Source of the DNA: Candidatus Gottesmanbacteria bacterium
Lineage (GTDB): Bacteria; Patescibacteriota; Microgenomatia; UBA10105; UBA927
Length of the DNA: 64,000 nucleotides
NCBI GenBank assembly: GCA_963790805.1
Contig: CAWBPL010000002.1
Coordinates: 384,696-448,695 of the forward strand
Reading direction: 5' to 3'
Under the pieces are notes generated by a model, which saw nothing but the letters and a program-made list of their open reading frames with translations, had not been told where the DNA came from and did not search any database. Within the stretch, counting starts at the first letter, position 1; every line of letters begins with the position of its first letter. Both the position numbers and the translations under genes were made by a program. Shown in pieces: positions 26,097 to 34,700 of the stretch.

Positions 26097-28286
26097 TTAG
26101 GGTTTTGTGCTTATCTTTTTAGCATACCGTTCTCGACTGCTTCGTATGACTTTTTCTCTGTTTTGGTTGCGGCTTTTGGGAAGCGGCAGTGTTTTTGCAG
26201 AAAACGGATCGGATGTCTGATTATCAATAGAAAGTTTCAACAATACATCATAGTTCCCTAAACCGACAAGTTCGCTTTCTTCGTATTTTTCTCCAAATTC
26301 CTTCGATAATATCCGTGCGTCAGTTGCTCCAACGCTAAAAGTTATAATTGACCCCGCGTTGCCGAAAATTGCTTTTTGCACATCTTCGTCTATTTGTCCG
26401 ATATATTGATTCGCAAGGGTCAGATCCAACCGGTATTTCCGTGCTTCGGAAAGAATTTTAATGAAGGATGTCGTGGCAAAATTTTGAAACTCATCGACGT
26501 AGAGATAAAAATCCCGGCGCTTGGCCTCTTCCATATAGACGCGGTTCATGGATGCCAGCTGGATTTTTGTAATAATCATGGCCCCCAACAGGGCGCTGCT
26601 GTCTTCGCCCAGCTTTCCTTGTGATAAATTTACAAGGACGATTTTCCCCTCATTCATCATGGTTTCAAGGTCGACCGTTGAAACAGGACTTCCCACAATG
26701 TTACGTATGGTCTGCGAAGACAAAAACTGCCCGACCTTGTTAAGAATCGGAGAAATCGCCTCAACGCGCATTTGCGGGCTCATTTTGGCAAACTCATTGA
26801 TCCAGAAATTTTTAAGCACATGATCAGACATTTTTTCAACTATTTTTGCGCGGTAGTTGTCGTTCGTGAGAATTTCAGGAACCTGCAAAAGCGTGCTGTT
26901 GGGAACGCTTAACAACGTCAGAATCGTGTTGCGAAGGATATATTCAAGCCTCGGCCCCCAGCTTAAATGGTAGAGTTTATAAAAAATTGAGACGATGCCT
27001 GATGAAATGAGCTCCCGATAGGCGGGATTTTTTACCTCAAGCGGGTTGAGATGAAACGGGTAATCAATGTCAGACGGATCCAAATACGCCACATCATTGA
27101 TCCTATGCGACGGAACGTAATCCAATAAAATATCGCAAAGATCTCCGTGCGGATCTACAACAGCCACACCTTCGCCGTTTTTCATATCGTTTATCGCCAT
27201 GTTGGCAATGAGCGTCGATTTGCCGGTTCCGGTTTTTCCGACGATATAGATGTGTTTCCGCCTGTCGTCTTTTTTCACGCCAAACGTCGCAATCCGGTTT
27301 TTATACTCAGCTCTGGCAAAAAAGTTGATCTGCCGCTTTTCTTCTTCGCTCTCAGTGGCAATCGGTAAATTCTCCGGCGCCTCTCCAGTCAATATCGCTC
27401 CCCACGAAATATTTTTAATCATCGAAAGCGTCAATCCCGGCGGATGCCATAACGATGCGAGCTCGCTTGCGTTCAAAATCTGATGCCGCGGAGCAACGTC
27501 GCCGTTTCTCTTTACAAATCCCTGTTCCAAGCGCTTCTTTTGCCAGAACGCCGGCTCTGTCATAGCAAGAGAATTTCCCTCCCCTAATGTGAAAACACCG
27601 AATGTGCCGCAAAGAGCGTGGAGTAGTTCTTTTGCACGCGCCTCCGTCGCAGCTGTAGTAACAACGCGGAGGGCGGCCACAAAGCCAACCTGTGCTATTT
27701 TTGTTTCAATAAGCCGCGCGTGCGGATGGGTTTTCATGCGCCCAGTTGTTGATGTCAAATCGGGAATGCCGCGCGCCACAATTGCGGAAGCGGTATGCTG
27801 CCATGCGTTTCCGGCCGGTTCAAGTCGGATTTGCACGGCAGCCGCCTCCCCTTGGGGAAGCTTGGCCATTTGTCCTAATATACTTGCCAAAACGTCAAGA
27901 TCCTTCACATCTTTATATGTTTTGAGCGGATAGTAAAACGAGTTGGTGAACGTAAGTTGTGCCGCCGCATGCGGAAGCGAAAGAAAATGCGGCGCATAAT
28001 CCGCCGACACTGAAAGAAGCACTTTGGGGTATTGGGCGGTTAATTGACTCTCAACGTACGCTTGAACATGAGAAGGCAACCCGACAAAAAAATGAATTCT
28101 TGAGTTTATCGACACAAGCTCAAAACTGAAATATTTTGGCGCGTGCCGCGAACCGAATATGCGATCCAAGAGCCCTCCATGTCCTGCCGATGCTCCCAAT
28201 GCCGCAAACACCTGTTCCATGGCGGCAGGTGTTTCTTCGCTGTCGCGAGAATTTTTCACCTCAAGAAGCACGAACGGAGACTCCAT
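26097..28286 (-). CDS. VirD4/TraG-family (coupling-protein-like) ATPase without N-terminal TM anchor
   Basis: Walker A is IVGKTGTGKST and Walker B is FYLYVDEFQNF. The motif RKYRLDLTLANQYIGQI is also present. The ~330-aa N-terminal domain is of unknown type. Confidence 0.65.
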   Translation of the reverse strand: MESPFVLLEVKNSRDSEETPAAMEQVFAALGASAGHGGLLDRIFGSRHAPKYFSFELVSINSRIHFFVGLPSHVQAYVESQLTAQYPKVLLSVSADYAPHFLSLPHAAAQLTFTNSFYYPLKTYKDVKDLDVLASILGQMAKLPQGEAAAVQIRLEPAGNAWQHTASAIVARGIPDLTSTTGRMKTHPHARLIETKIAQVGFVAALRVVTTAATEARAKELLHALCGTFGVFTLGEGNSLAMTEPAFWQKKRLEQGFVKRNGDVAPRHQILNASELASLWHPPGLTLSMIKNISWGAILTGEAPENLPIATESEEEKRQINFFARAEYKNRIATFGVKKDDRRKHIYIVGKTGTGKSTLIANMAINDMKNGEGVAVVDPHGDLCDILLDYVPSHRINDVAYLDPSDIDYPFHLNPLEVKNPAYRELISSGIVSIFYKLYHLSWGPRLEYILRNTILTLLSVPNSTLLQVPEILTNDNYRAKIVEKMSDHVLKNFWINEFAKMSPQMRVEAISPILNKVGQFLSSQTIRNIVGSPVSTVDLETMMNEGKIVLVNLSQGKLGEDSSALLGAMIITKIQLASMNRVYMEEAKRRDFYLYVDEFQNFATTSFIKILSEARKYRLDLTLANQYIGQIDEDVQKAIFGNAGSIITFSVGATDARILSKEFGEKYEESELVGLGNYDVLLKLSIDNQTSDPFSAKTLPLPKSRNQNREKVIRSSRERYAKKISTKP

Positions 28287-28341
28287 GAGGCTATCTTATC
28301 ATACCTTCAAGATCTCAAGTAAAATTTTTGTACGCTCATTT

Positions 28342-28378
28342 CGTGAAAACTGTCATGCGTAAATGAAGAGTTTTCACG
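28342..28378. promoter_or_regulatory. Perfect 10-bp inverted repeat in the divergent VirD4-like / PrgI-like intergenic region
   Basis: cgtgaaaact (28342-28351) and agttttcacg (28369-28378) are separated by 17 nt. Downstream are TTGCGT (28400-28405), a 17-nt spacer and TACAAT (28423-28428), which ends 9 nt before the ATG at 28438. Confidence 0.4.
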
Positions 28379-28437
28379 GTCCTGATGCGCTTTGTGCTAT
28401 TGCGTGCCAAAGAAAACGTCCGTACAATATTAATACA

Positions 28438-29802
28438 ATGGAACAGCATCCTGTCCCGCAGAATGTCACAACATTTCAGTTTCGCCTCATTGGCGACATG
28501 ACGATTAAACAGTTCGGGTATCTTGCCGGAGGGGTTCTTCTCGCATACATATCATACAGGCTTCCTCTCCCCTTTTTCTTTTCGTGGCCGCTTGCGCTTA
28601 TTTTTGGATTGGGGGGGTTCGGATTTGCCTTTGTACCGGTCGAAGAACGTCCGATGGATATATGGGTATTATCGTTTATAAAAAGCGTCTACAGTCCGAC
28701 GCAATATGTATGGGAAAAAGAGGCGCCACCGCCCGTTGCGCCGCCGGCCACAAAAGTGCTACCAACGGCGCCGGCCAAAAGCCCGGATCTTCACACCGCA
28801 CTTCCCGCCTCCCGCGGCGTATCAGACATACTCCAAGGATTGTTTGGAACAACTCGGCCGCCCCAAGCTAAAACCGTAGCGGCACCACCGCATACATCCG
28901 TACCGGTTCCGCCGCCGCCCCAACACACAACAACGCCATCCTATGCAGCAAGCATGGTCCAGCCAAAAGCGCGTATTGTAAGCACAAACCAGCAAACAAA
29001 CCCATGGGACTGGATTATAAAATATTTTTCGTCATCTCCCGCCAAACCAGCACAACGAATTGCACCGATGGGAAATTACGTCACCCCCTCGGTAACAGGA
29101 AAACACATAGACCTCTCTGCCCCCCCTGTCGTCACGCCGGCCGCAACCAAAACGCAGCAGGCGGCGCTTGTTGAAGCGCAAAATAAAGAAACGGTGCTTG
29201 AAAAGAAATTAACGGAATTAAGCCATGACCTTGAAAACAAAACCATGACCGAGGCGCGGGTTCTGGAGCTTCAAAAACAACTGACCGAAGTGCTGGCACA
29301 AAAAGAAAAAATGCAACAAGAGCTCACGTTGCTTCGAAAACAAGCGGCAACCCCGCCGTCACCGGCCGTTAGTCCTGCAGCAACACACATTGCGAGTCCT
29401 CAGACGCCGCATCAACCCACAGTAAAAATTATTACGCCGGAAAGCGCTGTCAAAGTCGGACTTCCGCGGCTTACCACCTTCCCCAACGTGGTTACCGGCA
29501 TTATCAAAGACAGTGAAAATAATTTATTGCCAGGCGTACTCGTTACCGTCAAAGACAAAGACACGATGCCGCTTCGAGCGCTCAAAACCAATCGACTGGG
29601 TCAATTTGCCGCATCAACTCCGCTCGCAAACGGATTATATTTTGTGGAAATTGAAGACCCGCGCGGCAGATTTGTATTCGACCGCGTACAAATCACGCTC
29701 AACGGCTCGATCGTACCGGCGCTTGAAATTATTGCAAAAAGCCAAAGACAAATTAATCGCGCACTGCTTGAAAAGGAACTTTTTGGAACAAAACCAACAT
29801 GA
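28438..29802 (+). CDS. PrgI/VirB3-like membrane protein extended by a Pro-rich linker, coiled coil and C-terminal beta-sandwich (carboxypeptidase-regulatory-like) domain
   Basis: I place the start at ATG 28438. The N-terminus MEQHPVPQNVTTFQFRLIGDMTIKQFGYLAGG plus two TM helices fits the PrgI family pattern. A region of about 130 aa rich in P/A/T and a coiled coil (LEKKLTELSHDLE...) follow. The protein ends with VTGIIKDSENNLLPGVLVTVKD...GLYFVEIEDPRGRF. Confidence 0.6.
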   Translation: MEQHPVPQNVTTFQFRLIGDMTIKQFGYLAGGVLLAYISYRLPLPFFFSWPLALIFGLGGFGFAFVPVEERPMDIWVLSFIKSVYSPTQYVWEKEAPPPVAPPATKVLPTAPAKSPDLHTALPASRGVSDILQGLFGTTRPPQAKTVAAPPHTSVPVPPPPQHTTTPSYAASMVQPKARIVSTNQQTNPWDWIIKYFSSSPAKPAQRIAPMGNYVTPSVTGKHIDLSAPPVVTPAATKTQQAALVEAQNKETVLEKKLTELSHDLENKTMTEARVLELQKQLTEVLAQKEKMQQELTLLRKQAATPPSPAVSPAATHIASPQTPHQPTVKIITPESAVKVGLPRLTTFPNVVTGIIKDSENNLLPGVLVTVKDKDTMPLRALKTNRLGQFAASTPLANGLYFVEIEDPRGRFVFDRVQITLNGSIVPALEIIAKSQRQINRALLEKELFGTKPT

Positions 29803-30455
29803 CGACACCTATAGTGCCAATTCGATCAACAACCCAAATCTTTACAGAAATAGAGACCATTGATCGCGACATAGTCTTGTTTATTGACGGATCGTGCTGT
29901 GTCGTCGTATCCACAACCGCAGTAAATTTCGGGTTATTATCTGAACGGGAACAGGACGCTATCATCGCTTCTTACGCTGGTCTTTTAAACTCACTTTCAT
30001 TTCCCATCGAACTTCTTATTCGTACGCAACACAAAGACGTTACGGCCTACCTGCGGCTTCTTGAAGAACAGGAAAGGAAACAAAAAAATCCCAAACTCTC
30101 CAAAAGTATTCATGATTACCGCTTGTTTGTTTCTGCGACTGTTAAAGAAAAAGATGTTTTGGATAAAAATTTTTACATTGTTATTCCATTTTCAAGTCTT
30201 GAGCTTGGGCCTTCAACGAATGTTTTTTTCGGCAGTAAAAAGAAGGGCCTGCCGTTCGCAAAAACATACATATTTGAACGGGCGCTCACGGTTCTTAATC
30301 CAAAACGGGATCATGTAATACGTCTCTTAAACCGTCTCGGACTTCAAGCTCATCAGTTAACAAACGAACAACTGGTGCGATTGTTTTTCACCACATATAA
30401 CGCAGAGGTGCCGTTACCAGACAGTGACACTATAGAAAAAGCGATACAACAATAA
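29799..30455 (+). CDS. Conserved hypothetical protein in the T4SS operon (resembles a VirB4 N-terminal-type domain)
   Basis: Its ATGA overlaps the upstream stop. The sequence IFTEIETIDRDIVLFIDGSCCVVVSTTAVNFGLLSEREQDAIIASYAGLLNSLSFPIELLIRT recalls the non-ATPase N-domain pattern of VirB4/TrbE proteins. No Walker motifs are present. Confidence 0.4.
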   Translation: MTTPIVPIRSTTQIFTEIETIDRDIVLFIDGSCCVVVSTTAVNFGLLSEREQDAIIASYAGLLNSLSFPIELLIRTQHKDVTAYLRLLEEQERKQKNPKLSKSIHDYRLFVSATVKEKDVLDKNFYIVIPFSSLELGPSTNVFFGSKKKGLPFAKTYIFERALTVLNPKRDHVIRLLNRLGLQAHQLTNEQLVRLFFTTYNAEVPLPDSDTIEKAIQQ

Positions 30456-30459
30456 CAGT

Positions 30460-32412
30460 ATGGATCTACCAACAGTTCTAAAAAAAGTCGTCAACCCGAT
30501 GCCGGAGAATAAACCCGTTTCTCATCACGTCAACGCGCCACTGGTTATTAAAGATATTATTGCCCCGCCTTCTATTGAGGTCGACTTTGATACGCTAAAA
30601 ATCGGAACGTATTATTACCGGACGATGTTTGTCGCCGGCTACCCGCGATTTGTCAGCGCCAACTGGCTTGAGCCGCTTATTTCATTTAATCATACGCTTG
30701 ATATATCCATGTACATCTACCCGACGAGAAGCGAAGAGGTGCTCGAGAATCTGAAACGGAAGGTCGGCGAGATGGAGGCAACCATTCAGTCTGACATGAA
30801 ACGGGGACGCGTCATCGAACCGTCAGTTCAGGTGGCTTTGGAAGACGCGCTGGCGCTTCAGCAGGAGCTCGCCAAAGGCGCGCAGCGTTTTTTTCAATTT
30901 GGTCTCTACGTCACAATTCCCGCCAAATCGCTGGACGATCTGAATAAAGCAACAAAACAGGTTGAAGCAACACTCGCGTCTCTTCTTATCGTAACAAAAC
31001 AGGCTACGCTTCAAATGGAGGAAGGATTTAAAACAACGCTCCCCATGGGACAAGACCGCCTTGTTATTACCCGCAACATGGACACGACGTCTTTGGCCAC
31101 CACGTTTCCGTTTACCACTTCAGAACTCACGGCGAACGAAGGAATCTTATACGGCATTAACGAACACAACGACAGTTTGATTATATTTGACCGCTTTACG
31201 CTTGAAAACGCCAATACGGTGGTATTTGGAAAATCCGGTGCCGGCAAAAGCTATATGGTGAAGCTTGAAATATTGCGAAGCCTCATGTTTGACACGGAGG
31301 TTATCGTTATCGATCCTGAAAATGAATATGAAACACTCACGCATGCGCTGGGTGGAGAATATATCCGTTTCCATTTTGGGGCCGCCACAAAAGTAAATCC
31401 GTTTGACCTTGCGCTTCTTCATCAAAAAGGTTCAACGCAGGAAGATAGCGAGCTCAATCAAAAAATTCTTTCTCTTCACGGGTTCTTCCGCGTGGTCATG
31501 GGAAAGCTGACACCCTCTGAAGACGCACTTTTGGACCGAGCGCTTATTCTTACCTATAAACAAAAGGGCATTACGCCCGACCCCGAAACACAATCAAAAG
31601 AACCGCCGCTTATGGAGGATCTGTATAAAACTCTGGTGGGCATGGAGGACCCTATTGCGCGCGGACTTGCCGATCGCATAGAAAAATTTGTTAAAGGGAG
31701 CTTGGTCGGCATATTTGATCAGCAAACTAATTTTGAAATCCGCAACCAGTTAACTGTGTTTTCGATCCGTGACCTAGAAGACGAACTCCGACCCATCGCT
31801 ATGTACCTTATTCTGGACTTTATTTGGACCAAGGTGCGTCGCAACACCAAAAGAAGAATCCTTATTGTCGACGAGGCGTGGTACATGATGAAATATCCGG
31901 ACTCGGGGGCATTCTTAAATTCCATCGCCAAGCGCGCGCGAAAATATTATCTGGGTCTTACAACTATTACGCAAGACGTCGAAGACTTCCTGTCTGTCGA
32001 CCTTGGAAAAGCTATTATCCAAAACAGCAGTCTTCAAATCCTTCTTAAGCAATCAACGGCCGCAATCGACAAGGTGGCGGAAATATTTTTCCTCTCTGAA
32101 GGAGAAAAACATTTATTGTTGTCCTCCGGCATCGGCGAGGGTCTGTTTTTTGCCGGCGCCGCCCACGCTGCAGTTCGAGTCATCGCCTCTCCACAGGAGC
32201 ACAGCATTATTACCACAAAACCTCAGGAGCTCGAGTCAAGCGCGCTTCAGGCAAAGAATCAGGCGGAACAATCGGCTTCTCATGACCAGCCTGTCACCCC
32301 TGCCGCGCCAAATGCGCCTGCGCTCACAAACAAGCCTCCCACCTTTATAACACAACCAGCCAGTGGCACCAGTCGACCGATATTTACAACAGAAACTGTG
32401 CCAGATAAGTAA
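30460..32412 (+). CDS. virB4: VirB4-family T4SS ATPase (PrgJ/TraE-like)
   Basis: The N-domain reads IGTYYYRTMFVAGYPRFVSANWLEPLI. Walker A is VVFGKSGAGKSYM and Walker B is RILIVDEAWYMM. The motif GLTTITQDVEDF is also present. Confidence 0.85.
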   Translation: MDLPTVLKKVVNPMPENKPVSHHVNAPLVIKDIIAPPSIEVDFDTLKIGTYYYRTMFVAGYPRFVSANWLEPLISFNHTLDISMYIYPTRSEEVLENLKRKVGEMEATIQSDMKRGRVIEPSVQVALEDALALQQELAKGAQRFFQFGLYVTIPAKSLDDLNKATKQVEATLASLLIVTKQATLQMEEGFKTTLPMGQDRLVITRNMDTTSLATTFPFTTSELTANEGILYGINEHNDSLIIFDRFTLENANTVVFGKSGAGKSYMVKLEILRSLMFDTEVIVIDPENEYETLTHALGGEYIRFHFGAATKVNPFDLALLHQKGSTQEDSELNQKILSLHGFFRVVMGKLTPSEDALLDRALILTYKQKGITPDPETQSKEPPLMEDLYKTLVGMEDPIARGLADRIEKFVKGSLVGIFDQQTNFEIRNQLTVFSIRDLEDELRPIAMYLILDFIWTKVRRNTKRRILIVDEAWYMMKYPDSGAFLNSIAKRARKYYLGLTTITQDVEDFLSVDLGKAIIQNSSLQILLKQSTAAIDKVAEIFFLSEGEKHLLLSSGIGEGLFFAGAAHAAVRVIASPQEHSIITTKPQELESSALQAKNQAEQSASHDQPVTPAAPNAPALTNKPPTFITQPASGTSRPIFTTETVPDK

Positions 32413-32414
32413 CT

Positions 32415-34691
32415 ATGGCCACCGCCGACACACAGGGGAAAAAATTACACGAATTTTTTAACCAATTACAGGAATCCGTCGCAGGCGGAAGCACCATCGA
32501 CCGCGACGTTGTCTATGCGGAAGCCGCGTCATTTGCTCCGCTTCAGGGCTGGCTTTCTGCTCATGCGGAATTTACCAAAGAGTGGTTTACGACACAAACC
32601 AATGAGGAGATATTGCGGCTTGCTAAAGACCTCGTCGCACAAAAAACGGAAATTGAAGCGAACCTTCCAGAATTATCCCAATTGCGAAATCAGGCCGAAA
32701 CACAAACCACACCCGTTACCCCCGCGCGAATAAAAGCGATACATGATGCCCGTGAGACGCTTGTGGAATCTCTTCCGGAGATGAAACAGCGACAAACAAC
32801 GCAAGCAAGAGAAGTTGCTGAAAAGTATACAAATGCGTACGTCTCAGGATTAAGAGAACAGCTTCGACGCAAAAACGTTTCCATCTCCGACGAAGCGCTT
32901 GAGGAAACGTTTAAAACGCTTACCGACAATCCTCCCGACTCGACTGCGCATTCACAAGAAGAAGCAATAAACACAATGGTAGAACAAATAAGCCATGCCT
33001 CAGCGTTTAAATCGTATCAAGAAGAGGTGGAAACAGCCGCGCGGGAGGTTCTACAAAACAATCCATCCGTTGTCGAAGATGTCGGTTCTATATGGAACTA
33101 CACAACCACTCAAGCCGCCGCAATAGAAGCCATCACAAAAGACCCGACCATAACCGATGGGAAAACATTTATTGAAACCCTTGCCGGAGCACCGCAGGGT
33201 TTTTCGATGCAAAACACAATTGACAATGCGGCAAAGGCAAGCAGAATGGCATCTGCGCTTGAAACGCCAAATCTTCCAGATTTAACACATGTTCCCATCG
33301 GTTCTTTTGTGTCAGGGCCGGCAGGAACACTTGTCAACGTCGCGACAACAATCGTTCCAGGCTCCAAGCAGGCGGCCATGAGAGAAGTGCTTACAAACGC
33401 ATGGGAAGGCGCTGTGCATACCGAGGGTTTTGTAGACAAAGTAACGAACGCGGTGGGAAAAGAGGCGGCGTCACACCTCGGGTCCGTTATTGAATCGGGA
33501 AACAATCTGGCAGCACAACAGCACCAAAGCAGGTCTATTGCTAGTGCAGTGGGGAGATTCACAAGCGGTGTTATTGAGTCAACAAAAGCTCCTCCCAGCG
33601 AAGCAATGACTCAATATGTTGCGTTTGTCACAAAGAGGGTCGCCTCGGGGGGTGCTTCTATAAACCCAAGCGAATTTTTTTACGCGATGCTCTACAGCTC
33701 GGCCCCTATGAGCGAAGCCTTCTCGGGATGGCTCCTTCGTCTCGGCGTTAAAAAAGCGGCCAGCGAGGCAGGTGGAGCTGTGGTAAAAGGTTTGGCAGAA
33801 AAAGCTGCAACAGGAGGACTTGCAAAGATCGCCGGTGGGGCGCTTGGTTCATTCTTCGGCGGGCCCGTCGGAACCTTCATTGGAAGTTTTCTTTTTGACA
33901 AAGTGTTACAGGGCTCTCTTAACCTAGGAAAACGAGCTTTGGGAATGTTAGCCTTTTTTGCAACCGGTTCGTGGTTAGAGGGTAAAGGTTTTCCGCCCGG
34001 AAGTGAAATAAACGTAATCCCGTTTGTAATCGTCGGTCTTTTATTTTTCTTATTTGTTTTGCCGACATTTCTCAATCCGCACAATGTCATGCAACAAACC
34101 CAGCTTGCAACGCTTTCTGTAAGCCTTACAAACGGCGGCCCCGGCGGACCAACCGTTCCCGGTGCGCCCGAGGGAGAGCATGTTACATGGTCATATAGCG
34201 GAAACGCACCCGTCTCAAACATAACCGACTCTTCTCAGCTCGGCTGTCCCGTACATGGTGGCGTTATTACTCAGGGTCCAAATGGGTCCTTTTCCCATCA
34301 GGGTCTTCAGGCTTATGACATTGCTTCTTCTATGGGCGCGCCTATCTATGCAACGCATGACGCATATGTGGTGAGTTATCATGATGGAATCCCCGCAAAT
34401 ACATTTATTAACAACAGCTACGGAAACTACGTGCTCCTTGTGGGGCAGTTGCCAAACGGCACAAAATTTTTTACCATATACGGCCACCTTTTGCGTGTAG
34501 CCGACGAGGTTGTTGCCGCGGCGGGAACCCAAACACTCATTCACAGGGGAGACGTAATCGGATATGAGGATGCGACTGGCTCAACATGGAGCACAACTCC
34601 CAGCGGAAACACTGTGCCCGGAGGAGGAGTACATGTACATTATGAATCGCAGGGAATCGGAAACCTTGTTCTTCCGGCCGGATGTCCATAA
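32415..34691 (+). CDS. Membrane protein with C-terminal M23 (LytM-type) peptidase domain, candidate T4SS cell-wall hydrolase
   Basis: It has a helical N-region of about 400 aa, then Gly-rich TM segments. The M23 motifs are HQGLQAYDIAS..GAPIYATHDAYVV, YGNYVLLV, IYGHL and GVHVHYE. Confidence 0.75.
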   Translation: MATADTQGKKLHEFFNQLQESVAGGSTIDRDVVYAEAASFAPLQGWLSAHAEFTKEWFTTQTNEEILRLAKDLVAQKTEIEANLPELSQLRNQAETQTTPVTPARIKAIHDARETLVESLPEMKQRQTTQAREVAEKYTNAYVSGLREQLRRKNVSISDEALEETFKTLTDNPPDSTAHSQEEAINTMVEQISHASAFKSYQEEVETAAREVLQNNPSVVEDVGSIWNYTTTQAAAIEAITKDPTITDGKTFIETLAGAPQGFSMQNTIDNAAKASRMASALETPNLPDLTHVPIGSFVSGPAGTLVNVATTIVPGSKQAAMREVLTNAWEGAVHTEGFVDKVTNAVGKEAASHLGSVIESGNNLAAQQHQSRSIASAVGRFTSGVIESTKAPPSEAMTQYVAFVTKRVASGGASINPSEFFYAMLYSSAPMSEAFSGWLLRLGVKKAASEAGGAVVKGLAEKAATGGLAKIAGGALGSFFGGPVGTFIGSFLFDKVLQGSLNLGKRALGMLAFFATGSWLEGKGFPPGSEINVIPFVIVGLLFFLFVLPTFLNPHNVMQQTQLATLSVSLTNGGPGGPTVPGAPEGEHVTWSYSGNAPVSNITDSSQLGCPVHGGVITQGPNGSFSHQGLQAYDIASSMGAPIYATHDAYVVSYHDGIPANTFINNSYGNYVLLVGQLPNGTKFFTIYGHLLRVADEVVAAAGTQTLIHRGDVIGYEDATGSTWSTTPSGNTVPGGGVHVHYESQGIGNLVLPAGCP

Positions 34692-34700
34692 TATAAAATT

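Noticed and set aside
33110-34544. Minus-strand ORFs of 150, 176 and 109 aa inside the M23-hydrolase gene
   Set aside because: They overlap a plus-strand gene with clear M23 motifs and operon context. Their translations are Pro/Ala/Gly-rich shadow frames.
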